IMG/VR virus record: IMGVR_UViG_3300035014_000030
Location: 1-44,523 of that record
Reading direction: 5' to 3' (one strand)
Source: a virus
Taxonomy: Duplodnaviria > Caudoviricetes
DNA: 44,523 nt
Made by a program: the position numbers and the translations under genes. Below the pieces are notes generated by a model. It had not been told where the DNA came from and did not search any database. It saw only the letters and a program-made list of their open reading frames with translations. Positions 35,672 through 42,026 of the stretch are shown piece by piece (within the stretch, counting starts at the first letter, position 1; each line of letters begins with the position of its first letter).

Positions 35672-36244
35672 GGCCGCCGCGGCGATGCCACCGGCGAGCA
35701 GCCGCAGGCGCATTTCCCTGATGCGGCGGTAGAGGACCGACCGCGGCAGGGGACCCTGCTGGCCGAGCTCGTGCGGCGTGCACTGCGTCAGGGCTGCGCA
35801 GATGCTGTGGTCGCGCTGGTCCAGGACGGCGCCGGCGCGATCCAGATCGAGGCGGCGCTCCAGCGCGGCCACCGCGTCGGTCTGCTGGCCGCACCACGCC
35901 GAATACCCCTCTGATTCGGGGATGATGTCGGCGAGCGTCAGCTCCTCCTCCTGGCCCGGCACTGCGTCATCCAGCGACGCCTCGTGCCGTTCGCGCTTCT
36001 CGCGGCGAAGGCGTGTGGCAAGACGGGATGCGCGGTGCTGGAAGCAGACCGTGGCGAAGGCCGCCAACGTCCCGCGCGCCGGATCGAAGCCGGGCAACCG
36101 CGCCAGGAGGTCGAGCAGCATGTCCTGCTCCATGTCCTCCCGCTCATGGCTCGGCCGCCCGAGGGTGCGGCAGAGGCGCCGCGCGTAGCGCTCGGCGAGG
36201 GGGTGAACGACATCGAGATCGGCGAGGGAAAGCTGGGTGGGCAT
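35669..36244 (-). CDS. Sigma-70/ECF-like factor
   Basis: Region 2-like EREDMEQDMLLDLL..FDPARG..AFA; SLDD; region 4-like RSVLYRRIREMR. Confidence 0.75.
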   Translation of the reverse strand: MPTQLSLADLDVVHPLAERYARRLCRTLGRPSHEREDMEQDMLLDLLARLPGFDPARGTLAAFATVCFQHRASRLATRLRREKRERHEASLDDAVPGQEEELTLADIIPESEGYSAWCGQQTDAVAALERRLDLDRAGAVLDQRDHSICAALTQCTPHELGQQGPLPRSVLYRRIREMRLRLLAGGIAAAA

Positions 36245-36300
36245 CCGCGGTGGCTCCTGGAGTACGGCTATGACGTCCAGAAGCAACCACACGACCTGCC

Positions 36301-36430
36301 GGGGCGGAGAGGCGGAATGGGGCGGAATGGGGAATTGGAGGTGCCTGGGATTTATTCCCCATTGCTAATTCAGCGACTTATGGCCGATTTCGTCCGAAAT
36401 TAGATAGATGGCCCAGCGATTTCCGCCCCA
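36301..36430. promoter_or_regulatory. Divergent control region with GGCGGAATGG tandem and inverted repeats (putative operators)
   Basis: 10-bp tandem copies at 36311 and 36321 plus partial copies; inverted ATTCCCCATT and ATTTCCGCCCC. Confidence 0.5.
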
Positions 36431-36483
36431 CCCATGCGGGAACTGCTCCCTCAGCCGGTCGCCTGTGGATATCGGGGATAGGC

Positions 36484-36498
36484 GAACATGAGGGGAAC
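36484..36498 (+). promoter_or_regulatory. Alphaproteobacterial LexA (SOS) box
   Basis: GAAC-ATGAGGG-GAAC, an exact GAAC-N7-GAAC, 7 bp upstream of a TTGACC -35. Confidence 0.65.
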
Positions 36499-36505
36499 AA
36501 TGCTG

Positions 36506-36535
36506 TTGACCAATCGCACAGCAATTCGTCATGAT
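36506..36535 (+). promoter_or_regulatory. Sigma70-like promoter, probably leaderless
   Basis: TTGACC-N18-CATGAT, with ATG at 36542. Confidence 0.5.
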
Positions 36536-36541
36536 CCCGGC

Positions 36542-37276
36542 ATGTCCATCACCGTTGAGTACCCGCATCACGCCGCCTCGGGCGCGCCTCGGCCGTTGTC
36601 GGCCCAGACCCTCTGGGCCGTCGCCGCGCAGGTGCGCCGCCAGGCCATGACGGAGCATGGTGCATTCGCGCTCCCGCTCGCCGCTCTGGTCGCCGCCACG
36701 CGGACAGTGTCGGCGAACGGTCGGGCCATCGTGGTCGCCTGGGAGCTCGACCATCCCGTGCATGATGGCTCCGGGGAGGCAGTGCTCGGCGTCTGTGAGA
36801 CGGATCCCGATATGCCCGGCACGGCGTTGGTCTCCGTGAATGCGCGCATGGTGGCCGGTCGGCCGGATCTCGCAGTCAGCACAGCGGCGCATGAGCTGGG
36901 CCATGTGGTGTTCGACGTGCCAGTGGCGCTGGGCGAACCGGCGCGGCGCTACCGCGCGGTGACCACCGGCCCGAGCGCGCTGCTCGATCGGACCACCGCG
37001 GCCTCCGAGCGTCGGGCGAATGAGTTCATGGGCGCGCTGCTGGCTCCCCCGGTGCAGCTCCACCTCCGCATGCTGGTGCACGCACGGTCCGAGCGGCTGC
37101 GCACGGTGCATGCGGCGCATCGGGGACGGCAGGGTTGTCGCGTCCTGGCCGGCGACAATCCGCGTGAGCTGATTGAGGGCGTGGTCGCCGCGCTGGCAGG
37201 TGATTTTGGCGTATCGGAGCGCTTTATCGCCGTACGGCTGAGCCGCTACGGCCTGGTTCAAGGAGAGCAACGGTGA
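36542..37276 (+). CDS. ImmA/IrrE family metallo-endopeptidase
   Basis: TAAHELGH (HExxH) and ERRANEFMGALL motifs. Confidence 0.88.
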   Translation: MSITVEYPHHAASGAPRPLSAQTLWAVAAQVRRQAMTEHGAFALPLAALVAATRTVSANGRAIVVAWELDHPVHDGSGEAVLGVCETDPDMPGTALVSVNARMVAGRPDLAVSTAAHELGHVVFDVPVALGEPARRYRAVTTGPSALLDRTTAASERRANEFMGALLAPPVQLHLRMLVHARSERLRTVHAAHRGRQGCRVLAGDNPRELIEGVVAALAGDFGVSERFIAVRLSRYGLVQGEQR

Positions 37277-37554
37277 GCTTTGGATCGGTCATCCGCGAGC
37301 GACGGACTGCGCTCGGCATCGGGTTGAACGATTTCGCGGAGCGATTGGAAATCTCGGCGGCCTATTGGTCGCGCATCGAGCGTGACCAGGAGAATCCGCC
37401 CCGCGACGAGCTGATAGAGCGCGCCGCCGCCATTCTCGGCGTGCGGATGGATGATCTGTTCGTCGAGGCGCAGCGACTGCCGCCCGACATGCGGAAGGAT
37501 ATGGCCAAGGTTGTGCAAGCGTATCGGCGGTTGCGCTTTGTCGGGAAGGGATGA
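37273..37554 (+). CDS. XRE-family HTH repressor
   Basis: FGSVIRERR...FAERLEISAAYWSRIERD; no S24 autocleavage domain. Confidence 0.9.
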   Translation: MSFGSVIRERRTALGIGLNDFAERLEISAAYWSRIERDQENPPRDELIERAAAILGVRMDDLFVEAQRLPPDMRKDMAKVVQAYRRLRFVGKG

Positions 37555-38246
37555 ATGTCGTGGGCGGCCGAATTGTGAGGAAGCCCTGCTATGGGCTGGC
37601 CGAGATCTGTGAGCGCTGGGGCGTGACGGAACTGGACGTGGCGAATTTCGTCGCGGCCAATGAGCTCACCCTGTCCGTCGTCGTCGCGGGCCTCGCTGTC
37701 GAGAAGGGCAGCATCGAGGACGTGAATGATCGGGACTGGTGCCACATCCCGGACGAGCGCAGCTATCTCTCGGGCGCCGCAGATCTCCACCAGTCGCAGG
37801 CCTGGGCCACCCTCATGAACGGGTCCGAGACGATCAGCAGCTTCAAGGCAGAGCCAGGTCGCTACATCAGTATTGAAGCGCGCGGCGATGACGCGGGCAC
37901 GATCGTGGTCTCGCGCGAGCGGCTGGTCGTCCGGCATGCCGAGCGTTTGCGCTTCGAGGCGGAGCAGGAGGTGGGTGTGGCGACGGCCAGCAGCGGAGCC
38001 GCTGTCGTGGCGCCGCCACCCGCCGCGCGTGGCGCAGCACCGCGTTATGACTGGGATGCCTTCTGGGCTGAGGCACTGGTCAGCATGTTCCAGGACGGTC
38101 CGCCGTCCACGCTGGCGGAATACGTTCGCCGCATGGAGACGTGGTTTGCTGATCGTGGCGAACATCCGGACTCCAGCACGATCAAGAAGAAGCTGAGCCA
38201 GCCCTGGCGGCGGATCGCGCCTCAGTTGGAACGCCGCCGCGCCTGA
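37551..38246 (+). CDS. Hypothetical protein, possible DNA-binding
   Basis: N-terminal HTH-like (YGLAEICERWGV); C-terminal RYDWDAFW...STIKKKL. Confidence 0.65.
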   Translation: MNVVGGRIVRKPCYGLAEICERWGVTELDVANFVAANELTLSVVVAGLAVEKGSIEDVNDRDWCHIPDERSYLSGAADLHQSQAWATLMNGSETISSFKAEPGRYISIEARGDDAGTIVVSRERLVVRHAERLRFEAEQEVGVATASSGAAVVAPPPAARGAAPRYDWDAFWAEALVSMFQDGPPSTLAEYVRRMETWFADRGEHPDSSTIKKKLSQPWRRIAPQLERRRA

Positions 38247-38247
38247 T

Positions 38248-38286
38248 TGGGACGGATCGCTGCCGAGGCGGGTAGGGCTAAGTATG
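38248..38286 (+). promoter_or_regulatory. Twin promoter-like motif B (excision/integration operon)
   Basis: TGGGACGGATCG-N10-GGGTAGGGCTAAGT-ATG. Confidence 0.7.
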
Positions 38287-38499
38287 AAGCCATCGCCCGT
38301 GGGACTGAACGCTCACCTCCCGCCGCACCTCCGCGAGGTCTGCGGCATCCTGGCCAGGGGCCTGGTGCGGCTGCGCAGCCGCGTTGCCGAGGATGAAGCG
38401 CGCGATGCCGAAATAGCTCGGGGGGTGGGAGAAGTTCCCCTACACTCCACCGCCCACCAGCGCCTGCATGCGAACCCCAACAGGAAGGGACTCGCATGA
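38284..38499 (+). CDS. Small hypothetical protein preceding DUF2924
   Basis: 71 aa; EVCGILARGLVRL; ATGA overlap with the next gene. Confidence 0.65.
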   Translation: MKPSPVGLNAHLPPHLREVCGILARGLVRLRSRVAEDEARDAEIARGVGEVPLHSTAHQRLHANPNRKGLA

Positions 38500-38900
38500 C
38501 CAGACGATCCACCGCCGCGCCCGCGCCGGCGCCCACCATCCCGAAGATCCCGCCGACGCAGGTGCTGTCGCGGCTCGCTGCGCTGCAGGCGGCGCCGACC
38601 GCTACGCTGAAGGACCAATGGCGGGAGTTGTTCGGCAAGGAGCCACCGCCCTGGAACCGGGCCTACATCCAGAGCCGGCTGGCCTATCGCATCCAGGAAT
38701 TGGCCTATGGCGGCCTGAAGCCCGAGACCGTCGACCGGCTCGTGGCGCTGGGCGTGCAGCATGTGGTCACCGTGCGCGTCAACGACTTCGAATTCGAGGG
38801 GCGGCCGTATCAGTCCCTGTCCGCCATCGCTCGCCACATCACTGGCACGCGGTGGAACGGCTGGACGTTCTTCGGGCTACGCGCGCGAGGTGACGCGTGA
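38496..38900 (+). CDS. DUF2924 protein (appears internally shortened)
   Basis: LAYRIQELAYGGL and SLSAIARHITGTRWNGWTFFGL motifs. Confidence 0.85.
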   Translation: MTRRSTAAPAPAPTIPKIPPTQVLSRLAALQAAPTATLKDQWRELFGKEPPPWNRAYIQSRLAYRIQELAYGGLKPETVDRLVALGVQHVVTVRVNDFEFEGRPYQSLSAIARHITGTRWNGWTFFGLRARGDA

Positions 38901-40249
38901 CCCGCCGTGCCCGCATCGAGCCGGCCATGCCGGCGACCACGAAGAAGCTCCGCTGCGCCGTCTACACGCGCAAATCCACTGACGAGGGGCTGGAGAAGGA
39001 GTTCAACACCCTCGACGCGCAGCGCGATGCTTGCGAGGCGTACATTACCAGCCAGCGCGCTGAGGGGTGGGTGCTGGTCCGCGACCGCTACGACGATGGC
39101 GGCTTCTCCGGCGGCACGCTGGAGCGGCCGGCGCTGCAGCGCCTGCTGCGCGACATCCAGGCCGACCTGGTCGACGTCATCGTGGTCTACAAGATCGACC
39201 GCCTGTCCCGCTCTCTGATGGATTTCGCCAAGCTGGTGGAGGTGATGGACGCGCATGGCGTGACCTTCGTGTCCGTCACGCAGTCCTTCAACACGACCAC
39301 CAGCATGGGCCGGCTGACGCTGAACATCCTGCTCAGCTTCGCGCAGTTCGAGCGCGAGGTCATTGGGGAGCGAATCCGGGACAAATTCGCAGCGTCCCGC
39401 GCCCGCGGCATGTGGATGGGGGGCAAGGTGCCGCTCGGCTACGACGTCGTCGCCAGGAAGCTGGTGGTGAATGAGGACGAGGCGCCGCGGGTGCGCAGGG
39501 TCTTCGAGATTTTCACCGAGACCGGGTCGGGCATCGAGACGGTGGCTCGCCTCCGGGCGGAGGGCGCAACCAGCAAGGCGGGCCGCCCGCTCGACAAGGG
39601 CGACGTCTACAAGCTGCTGAACAACCGCACCTATGTCGGCGAAGCCGCCCACAAGGGGCAGGTCTATCCCGGCGAGCACCAGGGCATCGTGCCGCGGGAG
39701 CTCTGGGATCGGGCGCATGCCGTGCTGCACATCAGCCCACGAGTGCGCGCCAACCAGAATCGGGCGCAGACGCCGGCGCTGCTGAAGGGGCTGATCTTTG
39801 GGGTGGACGGCCGAGCGCTGTCGCCGACCCACGCCCGCAAGAATGGCCGGCTCTACCGCTACTACGTGGCGCAGCGCGTGCTGAAGGGGGACGCCGCCGG
39901 CGACGACACCATCGTGCGCCGGGTGTCGGCGGCGGAGATTGAGGCGGCGGTGGCGGACCAAGTCCGGGCGCTGCTGCGGCAGCCGGAGATCGTGGTCGGC
40001 ACATGGCGGGCCGCGCGCAAGGAGGCGCCGGACCTGACGGAGGCCGAAACCCACGACGCGCTACACCGGCTTGACCCGCTGTGGGAGCATCTCTTCCCCG
40101 CGGAGCAGGCAAGGATCGTACGCTCGTTGGTGGAGCGGGTGGTGGTTAGCCCGACCGGTGCGGACATTCGGCTGCGGCTGGACGGGCTCGGCGGACTGGT
40201 CCGCGATCTCAACGACATCTCGCCCGGCGCGCTGATGGCGGCAGCATGA
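38897..40249 (+). CDS. Large serine recombinase (integrase)
   Basis: AVYTRKS catalytic Ser; YKIDRLSR; FAQFERE; recombinase domain. Confidence 0.95.
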   Translation: MTRRARIEPAMPATTKKLRCAVYTRKSTDEGLEKEFNTLDAQRDACEAYITSQRAEGWVLVRDRYDDGGFSGGTLERPALQRLLRDIQADLVDVIVVYKIDRLSRSLMDFAKLVEVMDAHGVTFVSVTQSFNTTTSMGRLTLNILLSFAQFEREVIGERIRDKFAASRARGMWMGGKVPLGYDVVARKLVVNEDEAPRVRRVFEIFTETGSGIETVARLRAEGATSKAGRPLDKGDVYKLLNNRTYVGEAAHKGQVYPGEHQGIVPRELWDRAHAVLHISPRVRANQNRAQTPALLKGLIFGVDGRALSPTHARKNGRLYRYYVAQRVLKGDAAGDDTIVRRVSAAEIEAAVADQVRALLRQPEIVVGTWRAARKEAPDLTEAETHDALHRLDPLWEHLFPAEQARIVRSLVERVVVSPTGADIRLRLDGLGGLVRDLNDISPGALMAAA

Positions 40250-40623
40250 CGAACGCGACAAGCATCACGGTGCGAGTGCCGCTGGCCATCCGGCACAGGC
40301 CTGGCAGGAAGACCGTAGTGACGCCGATGGCGGATGGCGTGGCGCCGGTCACAACGCGGGCCGACCCCACGCTGGTGAAGGCTCTGGCACGGGCGTTCCG
40401 GTATCAAAGGATGCTCGACACCGGGGTCTACTGCTCCGTCACGGACATGGCGGCCGGGGAGAAGATCGACCGCGGCTACCTGGGGCGCCTGCTGCAACTC
40501 ACGCTCTTGGCTCCAGACCTCGTCGATGGCGCTCTCGACGGGAAGAAGCTGCTGGATCCCGGCGCGTTAACGGCGCGCCTTCTTCGGAACTGGGCTGAGC
40601 AACGTGCGGCGCTCGGTGAATGA
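40246..40623 (+). CDS. Small recombinase-associated protein
   Basis: LVKALARAFRYQRMLDTG...LLQLTLLAPDLV; ATGA coupling to the recombinase. Confidence 0.75.
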   Translation: MTNATSITVRVPLAIRHRPGRKTVVTPMADGVAPVTTRADPTLVKALARAFRYQRMLDTGVYCSVTDMAAGEKIDRGYLGRLLQLTLLAPDLVDGALDGKKLLDPGALTARLLRNWAEQRAALGE

Positions 40624-40820
40624 GCAAGCGAGGTGCAGCGTAACGAAGGCCAGACTGGCAATGACGCTGCGCCCCCCCCCCGCGCTTCGCAGGCGATCTA
40701 TCGCGCGACGCGCATCAAAGCTCCGGAAATTTGCAACAAGAAGCCATTGCGCGGCACCAGGGTGGTGGTTATATGCATCGCATCGGCGTATCTGTGGAAC
40801 GTCGACATCGGGAATCGTCC

Positions 40821-42026
40821 ATGGAACACTTTCCTATAGTTCAAGCTCTCTGCCGGGCGGTGATGGCCGATGCGTCCCCAGCTGTGCGGAAGCAGGTCGA
40901 GCGCCTGCGCGATGCGCTAGCAAATGGTGGAGATCAAAAGCAGGCAGCGGCACTTAGTAGCATCCTTACGACTGCCGACCGGACCAAGGAGCTGGCGCCC
41001 AGCCGTATCGAACGATCGAAAGCGAGGATTCTTGGTGAGGTTCTGACGCGTAATACGCCTGCCCCCGTGGATCGTGAGACAGCCGCCACGCTGGCCGACG
41101 TGATCTTTCCGGGCGACATTCAGCCAGTCGCGCCCCTATTCAACCCAACAGTAAGTCAGGCAATTGGGACCATCATCGAAGAATGGACAAATTTTGACGC
41201 TTTATCTGAGATCGATATTCGACCTTCGAAGACATGCCTAATTTACGGCGCACCCGGAACGGGGAAAACACGACTTGCATTGTGGATAGCGCAACAGATG
41301 GATCTTCCTGTTGTGCTTGTGAAATTAGATGGACTCGTGTCTTCTTTTTTGGGTACGACAGCACGAAATATCGGAAATCTATTTAGTTTCGCAAATCGCT
41401 ATCAATGTATTCTTATGCTCGATGAATTTGATGCAATCGCAAAAATTCGGGATGATCCCCAAGAGGTCGGTGAGATAAAGCGAGTCGTGAACGCACTTCT
41501 CCAGAATCTAGATGCTCGTCGTGACGTTGGATTTACTATCGGAATCACCAATCATCCAAAACTTTTGGATCCTGCGGTTTGGCGCCGATTCGAGGTTCAA
41601 CTCGAGATACCGAAGCCAGACTTCGAGATGAGAAAGGCCATCGCTGCCTATTTCATGCCGCCAGTGCAGGCTCCTGATATTCATCTCCGGTTAATCTCTT
41701 GGTTTACTGAAGGAGCGACTGGTGCTGAAATCGAATCCCTCGTCCGTACATATAAAAAAGCCACTACCGTTCGCGATCAAGACAAGCGGGGATTGCTTGA
41801 TACCTTGCGACAATTCGCGACGCTGAACGCAGCTAGGGTTCAAAGTGAACGCAGGGCGCTTCTGTTCGACGATTCGAGTAATCTATTTCGAGTCATGAGG
41901 GATGACCCAATTCTTAGATTTTCGATGGCTGATATTGGGGAAATTGCTGGCAAAGATAAGTCAACAGTGAGCCGGCAGCTCGGTCGCGCGGCAAAACCTG
42001 GCGAAGGTGAGGTGGCGAATGGCTAG
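40821..42026 (+). CDS. AAA+ ATPase, IetA-like, with C-terminal HTH
   Basis: GAPGTGKT, MLDEFD, ITNH and DPAVWRRF motifs; start MEHFPIV. Confidence 0.9.
   Translation: MEHFPIVQALCRAVMADASPAVRKQVERLRDALANGGDQKQAAALSSILTTADRTKELAPSRIERSKARILGEVLTRNTPAPVDRETAATLADVIFPGDIQPVAPLFNPTVSQAIGTIIEEWTNFDALSEIDIRPSKTCLIYGAPGTGKTRLALWIAQQMDLPVVLVKLDGLVSSFLGTTARNIGNLFSFANRYQCILMLDEFDAIAKIRDDPQEVGEIKRVVNALLQNLDARRDVGFTIGITNHPKLLDPAVWRRFEVQLEIPKPDFEMRKAIAAYFMPPVQAPDIHLRLISWFTEGATGAEIESLVRTYKKATTVRDQDKRGLLDTLRQFATLNAARVQSERRALLFDDSSNLFRVMRDDPILRFSMADIGEIAGKDKSTVSRQLGRAAKPGEGEVANG

Larger units (their letters stand above)
1..40623. mobile_element. Lambda-like siphovirus prophage with large serine recombinase (left end outside window; att sites not identified)
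   Basis: Contiguous tail, head, packaging, replication, regulation and integration modules, with overlapping ATGA/TGATG gene junctions. Confidence 0.95.

Noticed and set aside
40560-40820. attR at the GC transition
   Set aside because: Serine-recombinase cores are short and the other end is outside the window; cannot be supported
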